Shown in pieces: positions 31,987 to 47,393 of a stretch of DNA of 64,000 nucleotides. The position numbers were made by a program, and so were the translations under genes. Position 1 is the first letter of the stretch; every line of letters starts with the position of its first letter. The notes below the pieces were generated by a model. The model ran no database searches, was not told the origin of the DNA, and was given only the letters and a program-made list of their open reading frames with translations. Source of the stretch: an uncultured Gemmatimonadales bacterium. GTDB lineage: Bacteria > ARS69. Where the stretch lies: assembly GCA_963725045.1 (NCBI GenBank), contig CAVRWY010000005.1, positions 14,079-78,078 on the forward strand. Direction: 5' to 3'.

Positions 31987-33227
31987 ATGAAGACCGCAAC
32001 CGCCGAACTCGAGCCGGCGCAGAGCGTCCGCGCAACGAAGCGATCCGTCCGTTCCGCGTGAATATCCCCGACGAGGAGCTCGTCGACCTGCGCCGCCGGA
32101 TCACGGCCACGCGCTGGCCCGAGAAGGAGACCGTCACCGACACCTCGCAGGGCGTGCAGCTCGCCACGATGCAGGAGCTCGCGCGCTACTGGGCGACGGA
32201 CTACGACTGGCGCAAGTGCGAGGCGAAGCTGAACGCCCTGCCGCAGTTCATCACCGAGATCGACGGACTGGACATCCACTTCATCCACGTGCGCTCGAAG
32301 CACGAAGAACGCGCTGCCGGTCATCGTCACGCACGGCTGGCCCGGCTCGATCGTCGAGCAGCTGAAGATCATCGATCCGCTCACCAATCCGACGGCGCAC
32401 GGCGGCCGCGCAGAGGACGCGTTCGACGTCGTGATTCCGTCGATGCCGGGCTACGGGTTCTCGGGCAAGCCGACCACGACCGGCTGGGACCCTGCCCGCA
32501 TCGCGCGCGCCTGGATCGAGCTGATGAAGCGCCTCGGCTACACGCAAGTTCGTCGCGCAGGGCGGCGACTGGGGCGCGGTCGTCACCGAGCATGATGGGC
32601 GTGCAGGCGCCGCCGGAATTGCTCGGCATCCACACCAACATGCCCGGCACGTTCCCGCCCGACATCGACAAGGCGGCTTTCGCCGGTGCGCCGGCGCCGT
32701 CCGGTCTCTCGGCCGACGAGAAGCACGCCTACGAGCAGCTGCACTTCGTCTACACAGAAGGGCCTCGGCTACGGCTACCAGATGGCGATGCGCCCGCAGA
32801 CGCTCTACGGGATCGCGGATTCGCCCGTCGGCCTCGCCGCCTAGTTCCTCGACCACGACGCGCGCAGCTATGGCGCTGATCGCGCGCGTCTTCGACGGAC
32901 AAGCCCGAGGGCCTCACGCGGGACGACGTGCTCGACAACATCACGCTCACTTGGCTGACGAACACGGCGGTTTCCTCGGCGCGTCTCTACTGGGAAAACA
33001 AGGCTGCCTTCTTTACGCCGAAAGGCGTCTCCATCCCGGCGGCGGTGAGCGTCTTCCCGGACGAGCTCTACCAGGCTCCGCGGAGCTGGGCGGAGCAGGC
33101 GTATCCCAAGCTCATCCACTTCAACAAGCTCGACAAGGGCGGCCACTTCGCGGCGTGGGAGCAGCCGGAGCTCTTCACCCAGGAGCTCTGGACCGCATTT
33201 CGAACGTTGCGTCAGTCGGGGAGCTGA
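31987..33227 (+). pseudogene. epoxide hydrolase (N-terminal EHN domain plus alpha/beta hydrolase), multiply frameshifted
   Basis: IRPFRVNIPDEELVDLRRRITATRWPE, HGWPGS (oxyanion), GGDWG (nucleophile). C-terminal piece is ORF 32928..33227 (KGGHFAAWEQPELF). AGGAGG RBS before the ATG at 31987. Confidence 0.55.
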
Positions 33228-33374
33228 TCCGGCACTCGCATCGTCCACGACGCCGTGCAGTCTCGCGGCAATGTGAAGTCTCCACGCCCGCCCGGATTCC
33301 CGGGCGGGCGCAGCTCCTTGGCGCTCCCGGCTAGGAGCTCCTCCGCGCGGTCTGGACCTTCGGGAAGTAGCGGA

Positions 33375-33899
33375 TCACGAAGAGCAGGTACACCAGCCAG
33401 AGTGCGAACCAGCAGACGCGACGGCAAGAAGCCCGATCGTGAAGAGGATCAGGCTCGGACCGAGGAAAAGCAGGGTGTAACCGACCAGCCAGAAGCGATC
33501 GCCTCGCCGGGAGTACAGAGCGCGCTCGGCATCCCCGATCCGGCCGCCCAGCGAGGAGCAGTAGTAGTAGAAGGACGCGAACACGAACGAGAACGTCGCC
33601 ACACCCATCACGACCAACGTGGCTTGAAACAACAAGGCGTCGATCTCGCCGCTCTCGAACCTCGGATACAGGAAGAACAGCATGAACGTGAAGATCGCGA
33701 TGCTCGTTCCGGCGAGCGAATACGAGCGATTGACGTTGGCTCCGGCAAGATCGTCTCCCAAGGAATGCCTCCTGGCGCGCATTTCTCCGTCATCTTCACT
33801 TTGACTCTGGGGAGCACGATACCAGTCGAGAGGAATGGGAGTCGATGTCGCCGCGAATGAGGCGCCGGAGAAATGAGCGGTTTCCCGCGGCGCCGCCAC
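33375..33899 (-). CDS. hypothetical membrane protein
   Basis: Hydrophobic helices. No family recognised. Confidence 0.3.
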   Translation of the reverse strand: MAAPRETAHFSGASFAATSTPIPLDWYRAPQSQSEDDGEMRARRHSLGDDLAGANVNRSYSLAGTSIAIFTFMLFFLYPRFESGEIDALLFQATLVVMGVATFSFVFASFYYYCSSLGGRIGDAERALYSRRGDRFWLVGYTLLFLGPSLILFTIGLLAVASAGSHSGWCTCSS

Positions 33900-33909
33900 C
33901 TATCCATTC

Positions 33910-38070
<4,161 letters not shown>

Positions 38071-38145
38071 TCGGCCGGCGTACAATGCTCGGCGCGATGT
38101 CGACCGCGGCCGATCGAGCGGCCGCAGAATCGTGGGGAGCTTGCC

Positions 38146-39153
38146 ATGATGATTCTCGCCGCTCTCGTCCTGGTGTGCGCATCGGGATCCATCCAGATGG
38201 ACCCATCGGAGTCGGTGCCCGTCACCGCGGACAATTTCGTGCGCGCCGAGACCGACATGTACTTCGCCATGTTCGCGAAGCGGGGAGCGTTCGGCAGGTT
38301 CCTTCACCTTCGCGAGCTTCCGCTCGAGAACACCGGAGTTCGCCCGAACCGCGACACGCTCTACTCGGAAGCCGTGTTCGATCTGAATGCCGGAGCGGTC
38401 ACGATCACGACTCCGGACCCCGGCGAGCGCTTCATGTCCATGCAGGTGATCGACCAGGATCACTTTACGCGCGCCGTATTCTACGGAGCGGGAAGCCACA
38501 CCTTCGATAAGGGCGAGATCGGAACGCGATACCTCTTCCTGGCCGTCCGCACTCTGGTCGATCCGAACGATGCCAGCGACATGGAGGAAGCTCATGCGCT
38601 GCAGGACGCGATCGAAGTCCGGCAGAAGAGCCCGGGCGGATTCGAAGCTCCTCCTTGGGACACGACGAGTCAGAAAGCGGTGCGCGACTCGCTGCTGGCG
38701 CTCAACGAGGCTCTCCCGGATTTGCGGGGTGCGTTCGGCGATCGCGGTCAGGTGGACCCGGTTCGTCATTTGATCGGAACCGCTTCCGCCTGGGGAGGGA
38801 ATCCAGACCGAGACGCGATCTATCTCACGGTCACGCCGGGCAACAACGATGGCAACACGCCGTACACGCTGAACGTCCGCGAAGTGCCGGTCGATGCATT
38901 CTGGTCCGTCACTGTCTACGACGCGCAGGGACACTTCCAGAAGAACTTGCTGAACATGTACAACATCAGCAGCATCACGGCCGATAAGAATCCGGACGGT
39001 TCGGTCACCATCCAGTTCGGAAACTGCGATGGGAAAGTCGCGAACTGCCTGCCGATCATGAGCGGCTGGAACTACCTCGTGCGGCTCTATCGGCCGCGCG
39101 CCGAAGTTCTGGATGGCACGTGGTCGTTTCCCGAAGCGCGGCCGTTGCACTGA
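38146..39153 (+). CDS. secreted DUF1254/DUF1214 domain protein
   Basis: Signal peptide. Domain architecture typical of the DUF1254 plus DUF1214 pair (WSVTVYD motif). Confidence 0.65.
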   Translation: MMILAALVLVCASGSIQMDPSESVPVTADNFVRAETDMYFAMFAKRGAFGRFLHLRELPLENTGVRPNRDTLYSEAVFDLNAGAVTITTPDPGERFMSMQVIDQDHFTRAVFYGAGSHTFDKGEIGTRYLFLAVRTLVDPNDASDMEEAHALQDAIEVRQKSPGGFEAPPWDTTSQKAVRDSLLALNEALPDLRGAFGDRGQVDPVRHLIGTASAWGGNPDRDAIYLTVTPGNNDGNTPYTLNVREVPVDAFWSVTVYDAQGHFQKNLLNMYNISSITADKNPDGSVTIQFGNCDGKVANCLPIMSGWNYLVRLYRPRAEVLDGTWSFPEARPLH

Positions 39154-39156
39154 GCG

Positions 39157-39480
39157 GTGTCACTCATGATCGCGACCAACCGCACGACGTACTGGATGGC
39201 GACGGTCTGCGTCGCGGTCCTTGTGGCGTCGGTCCTGCTTCCACGAATGTTCCGGGAACCAGGCGGAGGATTTGCCGCGGCGACATCTGCGGCGCTCCTG
39301 TTCATGGTGCTGGGTGCCGTCGCAGCGTTCGCCTCGATTGCTTTGTTGGTGCACACGCTGAGGCAGCGGCATGTCCTGTCGCCCTCCGCTCGGATCGCGG
39401 GTGCGATTCCCGCGGCCTTGGTTTCTTGCGGCCTCGTGGCGCTGTGGCTGACGATACGCAGCAACAGTTCCCAGCCGTGA
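39157..39480 (+). CDS. small 3-TM membrane protein
   Basis: ORF with hydrophobic helices. Its stop overlaps the prmC GTG. Confidence 0.35.
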   Translation: MSLMIATNRTTYWMATVCVAVLVASVLLPRMFREPGGGFAAATSAALLFMVLGAVAAFASIALLVHTLRQRHVLSPSARIAGAIPAALVSCGLVALWLTIRSNSSQP

Positions 39481-40348
39481 CGATTACCTGGACACAGCTC
39501 TTCGACGAAGGTGCGCAGACGCTCGCGCATGGCGCGGGCTCGGCACGGCTTGATCCCCGGCGCGAGGCGGGAATTCTGCTGCGATGGGCGTCGGGCATGA
39601 ATGCTGCGGCGCTTCTCACCCGCGGCAGCGAGGCGGTGGACGGCGCTGCGGCGGGGCGATTTCGCGCCTGGATCGAGGCGCGGGCGCGCGGCGTTCCGCT
39701 CCAGCACTCGTGGGCGAGACCAGCTTTCATGCAGTGACCCTGCGCGTCGAGCCGGGGGTCTTCATTCCGCGTCCCGAGACGGAGCTTCTCGTGGATTGCG
39801 TGCTGGAAGCGCTCGTGTCGCGCGCTTCCCCCGTCACCGCCCCCCATCGTGCTCGATCTTTGCACAGGCTCCGGCACCGTCGCCGTCGCGGTCGCGGCGG
39901 CGGCCGCCGCCCGCACCCCGCGTCCCCGCATCTTCGCCGGCGACATCGATGCCGCCGCCGTCGATCTCGCGCGCCGCAACGCCGAGGCCTGCGGCGTCGC
40001 CGACATGGTCGAGGTGCGCCCGTCCGATCTGGGCGCGGCGTTCGCCGATCTGGCGGGCCGCGTCGACGTCCTCGTCGCGAATCCTCCGTACATCGATCCG
40101 GCGTGCGCGGATTCGCTTCCCGTGGAGGTCCGCCTGGGCGATCCTCCGCGCGCTCTGTACGATCCCGAGGGGGGCGTCGGCTTCCACCGGCGCATCGCCC
40201 GCGAGGGGCGCTGGCTGCTGGCGCCCGGCGGGCGGCTTTTCCTCGAGATCGGCGACGATCAGGGCGTGAAGGTCGCGCGCCTCTTGGCCGACGAAGGGTA
40301 CGAAGCGGTCCGCATCCTCCCCGATTTGGCGGGGCGGGACCGGGTCGC

Positions 40349-41636
<1,288 letters not shown>

Positions 41637-41666
41637 GAAGGTCCGTCGTCCACTCCCCAAACCAAA

Positions 41667-41694
41667 GGGCCCCGCCGCTCACGCGACGGGGCCC
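41667..41694. terminator. bidirectional intrinsic terminator between convergent murA and subtilase (GGGCCCCG-12nt-CGGGGCCC)
   Basis: Stem-loop followed by T-rich tracts on both strands (tcgttcattc on +, tttggtttgggg on -). Confidence 0.5.
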
Positions 41695-41747
41695 TCGTTC
41701 ATTCGCCGGCGCGGCGGCCGGCTTTCATTCGCCGCCGTCTGGCGCGG

Positions 41748-44700
41748 CTACTTGAGGACGGTCACCTTCTGGACCTGCGAGAAGCTTCCCGCATCCATCC
41801 GGTAGAAGTACACGCCCGACGTGACTGCGCTGCCGCCGTCGTCGCGTCCATCCCATCCGACCGTGTGATATCCGGCGTTCTGCGGTCCGTCCACGAGCCC
41901 ACGGACCCGGCGACCGGACACGTCGAAGATCGAGATGGTCACTTCCTGTCCCTGCGTCGGGACTGCGAAGCGAATCGTCGTCGCCTTCGAGAACGGATTC
42001 GGCCGCGGCGCCGCGAGCTCGAAGCGCGCCGGCATCCCCACCGAAGTCTCCACGTCCGTCGCATTACCCACGATCAACGTCACCGGCACGTTGATCACTT
42101 GCTCGTCGGGATCGTTCGTCGCAATGCGGATCAGCGCTTCGTACGTGCCGAACGCCAGACCGGTCGCATCGTAGTCCACGTCCAGGTTGGCCTGGCCGCC
42201 CGCGGGAATCGAGCCGAGCGGCGGCGAGACATCGAGCCACGTCACCGGGGGCCCCAAACCGAAGCGGACCGCCAGGTTGTTGTGTAGATAGGCCGCGTTG
42301 AACGTGACTTGAAGCCCGTCGTTCCCCGCGAGATTCTCGATGCCGACCGTGCAACCCGTCGGCACGGTCACCGACTTGTACTGATTCACGATCGACCCGT
42401 CGGCGTTCAGGATCGTCTGGAACGTCTGCCGGTTCGACGGCTGTCCGTTGATCGGCACGTTGTTCCACTGCACGATGAAACGCTGATTCGCCGTGTCGTT
42501 GAAGATGTACAGCGTCCCGCCCTGCAGGAAGTTCAGGTCGTCCCAGTATGCGGCGACCATGTTGTTGGGATCGCTGATGGCGGGAATCGCCGTGTTCAGG
42601 TTGTACGCGGCGGTGGGTGAGGTGAAGCTCAGGAAGCCGTTCGCGCTCACCTTCACCGTCGTGTAGTTGTTTCCATAGAACGGGAACGAGAAGCCGAGCG
42701 GCAGCGACGTGGAGTAGGTGTTGTCTCCGCCGGCGAGCCCTTGGCCGATCCCGCTGATCTCGATCCACTGATACGTGGGACCACCCTGATCATCGCTGTC
42801 GATCCAGCGGTAACCGAACGCGTCCGGTCCGCCGGCACCGCGCACTTCGTTGTCGCCGAGGACGCCGCGCGCCCCGTCGCCCGAAACTTCGCCGAGCACC
42901 GCCACCTGCACCGGAGAGAGCACGCCGTGCACCGAGGCCAGGAAGTCGAGCTGACCTTCACCCGTGTTGGAGATGGTCAGTACCTGCGACGTCTGCTGGT
43001 TCGGCGCCAAAGTCGCGCTCATGCTCGACGCACTGAGCTGCACTTCCGGGAAGCCGATGTCCGGGAACTGGATCTGGTCGACCCATGCCGCGTCCGCGCC
43101 ACCGTCGCCCGAAGAGTTCTTCGAGTACGTCCAGCGGAACGTGTGCGATCCGTTCGCCACGGAGAAGCTGGTTTGGGTCCACGGAATCTCACCCGACCAC
43201 GTGCTGCGCAGCACGCCGTCGATGTAGAAGCGCAGGAGATCCACGCTGGATTCCGACGAGACCTTGTACCAGAACGAGATGTTTCCGGTGGTCGCGACCG
43301 GGAGCGTGATTTCCATCGTCGTGGACTGATTGCTCACGATGTCCCCGGAGCGAGCGGAATTTTCACCGTCGTGGGACTCGTTCGTGTCGATCGTCCAGGG
43401 CTGGTTGCCCGAGAAGGTCCACGGCCACACTGTGAAGTCGCCGCTTTCGAAGTCTTCGCCGGTGAGCGCGGGCAGAACGAAGTTCTGCGTCTCGGGTCCA
43501 GAGACGACCACGGTGCGCACGTCGGTGCCGAACCCGTTCTTCCGGGCGCGGATCTGGTACGTGAGACCGTCCGGAACGGAGAGCTGGTAGGTGCCGTCCG
43601 GATTCGAGGTCGCCGACTGGAGAGGCGTATTCAGCGCCGTGATCGTGGCGCCGCCCACCAGTGCGTTCGTGTAATCGCGCACCACTCCGCTCACGATCGC
43701 CTGCGGGAGCGGCGCCATGCCGTTGTCGCCGTCGGTGATCTGCTGCGCAACCACGTTGAACGGGACGGTCTCAGTGGCGTAGCCGAACACGCTGAACTGC
43801 AGATTCCACGAACCGGCCGGGAGCAGGACCTTGAAGAATCCGGTCTCGTCGGTCGTGGTGGCGCGCGGGTCGGAGAGCACGTCCACCGCGACGCCCTCGA
43901 GCGGGAACCCGTTGGTGCCGTCGGTCACAAAGCCTTCGATCGTGCCGTAGCCGGTCAGCGATGCCAGCACCGCTTCGTACGCATCGATGAAGCCGTGACC
44001 GTAGGTGTTGTCTTCGCCGGCGGCGCCGAGATCCAGCGCCGTATCCATGATGATCTGCTTGATGGTCTGCACGTCGATGTCCGGATTCGCCGAGCGCATG
44101 AGCGCCACGACGCCGGCGACGTGAGGACCGGCCATCGAGGTTCCGCTGAGGAACTGATAGCCCCCACCCGGCCAGGAGCTGTAGATGTCGCTGCCCGGGG
44201 CGGCGATCTCCGGCTTGATCGCGAACGGACCGCCGCATCCGGAAGGACCGCGGCTGGAGAAGCTGGAGATGGTGAAGGGCGGATTGGGGATCGTGGATCC
44301 CACGGAGAACACGTTGTACGGAGTGGTCGCGCGATCCGGAGGGCTGCCGATCGTCTGTGCGCCGGGGCCTTCGTTCCCCGCCGACCAGGTGAGCACCACA
44401 CCGGACGCTTCGCAGTTGTCGATCGCGGTCCACCAGCGGGAGTCGCAATCCACGTAGTTGCCGCCGAAGCCCTCGTTGATGCGCCAGCTGTTCTGCACCA
44501 CATCCGGAACGTCGTCGTCGGTGCCGGAGTTGCCGTCCGGTTCCGCGAACCACTGGAGTGCGTCGACCACGTCGGCGTCGAACGCGGCACCCACACCCTG
44601 ATCGATCGCGTTGTCCGCGATCCAGAGCGCACCCGGCGCAACACCGATCGAGTCGTTCTGTGCGAGGCCGGTGATCGTCCCCATGACGTGCGTGCCGTGG

Positions 44701-45404
44701 CCGTTGTTGTCGACCGGGAACGTGGAGGGCGAGCCGACCACGTCGCGCCAGCAGTGCGCGGACGGCGCGAAGTGACCGCGCCACCGCGAGCCCAGCGCGG
44801 GGTGATTGCCGTCGACGCCGGTGTCCATGTTGGCGACGACCGCACCGACGCCGGTGATGCCCAGCTCGTACCACACGCGATCCGCATGGATGTTGTGGAC
44901 GCCCGGCGTGATTCCGATGCCGCCGCCGCGCGTGTCGATCTCGGGCGAGTCCATCGGGGGCAGGAGCTCGATCTGGTGATTGGGCTCGACCACCTCGACG
45001 TCGTTGCGTAGCGCGATCTGGCGGATCGCGTCGACGGTACCGCGGACGGCGATACCGTTCACGAGCCAGAAGGCCTTGTATTCGGCAATCGTCCCGGCGA
45101 TCCGGCGAGCCTCGAGATCCTGGAGGATGGGCCCCTGGGAGCGGGCCGCGGTCTCACGAAGCGCATCGATGACGATCCGATGGCGGACGTTCATCGTTGC
45201 GCGGGACAGCCGCAGGTCCTGATCCATGGTCGGGATCGGCGCCTGGTCGGTCAGCACGACGACGGCGCGGACCTCTTCGCTTCCGGCCTTGCCTTCAATG
45301 AATCGATCCATACCCGGCGAGAGCTGCCCGGCGTTCGCTTGCGGAGCCGCGCCGATCAGGCCGGCTGCCGCGAGCAGGGTGAAAAACGAGTACCTGAGAT
45401 TCAT
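41748..45404 (-). CDS. large secreted subtilisin-like serine protease (S8) with T9SS-type C-terminal domain
   Basis: Signal peptide MNLRYSFFTLLAAAGLIGAAPQANA. Catalytic triad context DTGVDGNHP, HGTHVMGTI, GTSMAGPHVAGVVALM. About 600 aa of extra beta-domains. C-terminus NPFSKATTIRFAV...SIFDVSGRRV...GVYFYRM. No frameshift. Confidence 0.85.
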   Translation of the reverse strand: MNLRYSFFTLLAAAGLIGAAPQANAGQLSPGMDRFIEGKAGSEEVRAVVVLTDQAPIPTMDQDLRLSRATMNVRHRIVIDALRETAARSQGPILQDLEARRIAGTIAEYKAFWLVNGIAVRGTVDAIRQIALRNDVEVVEPNHQIELLPPMDSPEIDTRGGGIGITPGVHNIHADRVWYELGITGVGAVVANMDTGVDGNHPALGSRWRGHFAPSAHCWRDVVGSPSTFPVDNNGHGTHVMGTITGLAQNDSIGVAPGALWIADNAIDQGVGAAFDADVVDALQWFAEPDGNSGTDDDVPDVVQNSWRINEGFGGNYVDCDSRWWTAIDNCEASGVVLTWSAGNEGPGAQTIGSPPDRATTPYNVFSVGSTIPNPPFTISSFSSRGPSGCGGPFAIKPEIAAPGSDIYSSWPGGGYQFLSGTSMAGPHVAGVVALMRSANPDIDVQTIKQIIMDTALDLGAAGEDNTYGHGFIDAYEAVLASLTGYGTIEGFVTDGTNGFPLEGVAVDVLSDPRATTTDETGFFKVLLPAGSWNLQFSVFGYATETVPFNVVAQQITDGDNGMAPLPQAIVSGVVRDYTNALVGGATITALNTPLQSATSNPDGTYQLSVPDGLTYQIRARKNGFGTDVRTVVVSGPETQNFVLPALTGEDFESGDFTVWPWTFSGNQPWTIDTNESHDGENSARSGDIVSNQSTTMEITLPVATTGNISFWYKVSSESSVDLLRFYIDGVLRSTWSGEIPWTQTSFSVANGSHTFRWTYSKNSSGDGGADAAWVDQIQFPDIGFPEVQLSASSMSATLAPNQQTSQVLTISNTGEGQLDFLASVHGVLSPVQVAVLGEVSGDGARGVLGDNEVRGAGGPDAFGYRWIDSDDQGGPTYQWIEISGIGQGLAGGDNTYSTSLPLGFSFPFYGNNYTTVKVSANGFLSFTSPTAAYNLNTAIPAISDPNNMVAAYWDDLNFLQGGTLYIFNDTANQRFIVQWNNVPINGQPSNRQTFQTILNADGSIVNQYKSVTVPTGCTVGIENLAGNDGLQVTFNAAYLHNNLAVRFGLGPPVTWLDVSPPLGSIPAGGQANLDVDYDATGLAFGTYEALIRIATNDPDEQVINVPVTLIVGNATDVETSVGMPARFELAAPRPNPFSKATTIRFAVPTQGQEVTISIFDVSGRRVRGLVDGPQNAGYHTVGWDGRDDGGSAVTSGVYFYRMDAGSFSQVQKVTVLK

Positions 45405-45587
45405 GGGGGAAACCTCTCCCTCGATGGTGCGTTGTAGCTGGAGCCGGAACGCGGAGGAATTACCGAAACGAGGCTATCACAGAGGCGGCGCGCGGCTCCA
45501 TCGGGATATTGGAGAAGCCCCGGCAATCCGATGGGCGCGGATCGAAGGGCTCCGACCCGCGCGACGGGATCGTGGGTGGCGTACCCG

Positions 45588-47365
45588 CTATTCCAGAACG
45601 GTCGCTTTCTGGACCTGGTCGAAGCCTCCCGCCTCCATCCGGTAGAAGTAGACGCCGGAGACGACGCGATGGCCTTTCTCGTCGCGACCATCCCAGCCGA
45701 CAACGTGAGCTCCGGCGGCCTGCGGCCCATCCAGGAGCGTGCGGACCCTCCGTCCGGTCAGGTCGAACACCGCGATCGCCACATGCCCCCCGGCTCAGGC
45801 ACCGCGAAGCGAATCGACGTCGTCTTGGAGAACGGATTCGGTCGTGGGACCGCGAGCTCGAACTGGGTCGGGAGACCGGATGGCACCACGGCATCCGTTG
45901 GGTTGAGAGACGCGAGCACTGCTTCATACGCGTTGATGAAGCCGTGTCCGTACGTGTTGTCCTCGCCGGCCGGACCCAAGTCCGTGCACGTCTCCATCAG
46001 GATCTGCTTAATCGACTGAACGTCGAGGTCCGGGTTCGCGGCGCGCATGAGCCCGACCACGCCGGCCACGTGGGGACCGGCCATCGCCGACCCGCTGTAG
46101 AGCTGGTACCCACCACCCGGGATGGAGCTCAGAATGTTGACGCCCGGAGCGGAGACTTCCGGCTTGATCGCGAAGGCGCCTCCGCAGCCGGAAGGACCGC
46201 GGCTGGAGAAGCTCGCAATCGTGAACGGCGGGGAGTGAATCGTCGCGCCGACGGAGAACGCGTTGTACGGGCTCGCCGCGCGGTCCGCGGGGCTCCGCAG
46301 CGATGAGGGTCCCGGCCCGTCGCCGCCCGCCGCGTAGATCAGCACGACCCCGGCCGCTTCGCAGTTGTCGATCGCCGCCCACCAGCGGGGATCGCAATCG
46401 ACGTAGCCGGCAAAGAGCTCGTTCACGCCCCAGCTGTTCTGCACGACGTCGGGAACGTCGTCGTCGGTCGAGGAATTTCCATCCGGGTCTGCGAACCATT
46501 GAAGGCCGGCGGTGACGTCGCTGTCGAACGCGCCTCCCGTTCCCTGGTTGATCGAGTTGTCGGCGATCCACAATGCCCCCGGCGCAACGCCGATCGCGTC
46601 GTTCGGACCGAGCCCGCAGATCGTCCCCATCACGTGCGTGCCGTGGCCGAGGTGATCCTCGGGCGTCGGATCGCCGAAGCCCACCGCGTCGCGCCAGCAA
46701 TGTGCCGCCGGTGCGAAATTTCCGCGCCAACGCGCAGAGAGCGCGGGATGCGTGGCGTCGACGCCGGTATCCATGTTGGCGACCAAGGCACCGGTCCCGT
46801 CGATGCCGAGCTCGTTCCACACCCGATCCGCTTGGATCGCAAGAATGCCCGGCGTGGTCGTGACGCCACGGACGAGCGCGCCGTGAACCTGCTGGTCCGC
46901 GGGCGTCGGGAAGGGTTCGTTCAATTCCACGGGAAGATCCGGCTCGATCATCTCCACGTCGTTGCGGAGCGCGAGCTCGCGAACAGCGTGGATAGTCGCC
47001 GTGACGGCAATCCCGTTCACGATCCAGAACGGCTTGAACTCCTGGACCGCTCCCGACGCTCGCCGGGACTCGAGCATTTGCTGGAGCGGCGCCTGCGACC
47101 GAGAGGCCGCATCGCGCAGCGCGTCGACGACTATCCGGTGACGAAGCGCCAGGGGAGCATTGGAGGAATGCAGATCGTGTTCCATCGCGGAGATCGGGGC
47201 CTGGTCCTGCAGGACGACGAGAACCCGAATCGGTTCGTCCCCGGACTTTCCGGCGATGAAGCGCTCCAGGCCGGGCGAAAGCCGACCGGCCTGGGCCTCA
47301 GAGACGGCGGTGCCGAGCAAAGCGGCGGCCGTCAGCGCCGACGAGAACCGGGAGCATCGACTCAT
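45588..47365 (-). CDS. subtilisin-like serine protease (S8) paralog with T9SS C-terminal domain; one frameshift near 45780
   Basis: N-terminal 400 aa closely parallel protease 1 (GRLSPGLERFIAGKSGDEPIRVLVV...). DTGVDATHP, HGTHVMGTI, GSAMAGPHVAGVVGLM. The C-terminal domain (ORF 45588..45782) is in another frame. Confidence 0.75.
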
Positions 47366-47393
47366 GGGGAGTCCCTCCCTCGGCTTATGCGTC

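Noticed and set aside
42741-45011. 756-aa + strand ORF inside subtilase 1, and similar + ORFs in subtilases 2 and 3 (45509..46306, 47160..48656)
   Set aside because: Antisense to clear S8 protease genes with intact catalytic motifs and signal peptides. Low-complexity translations.
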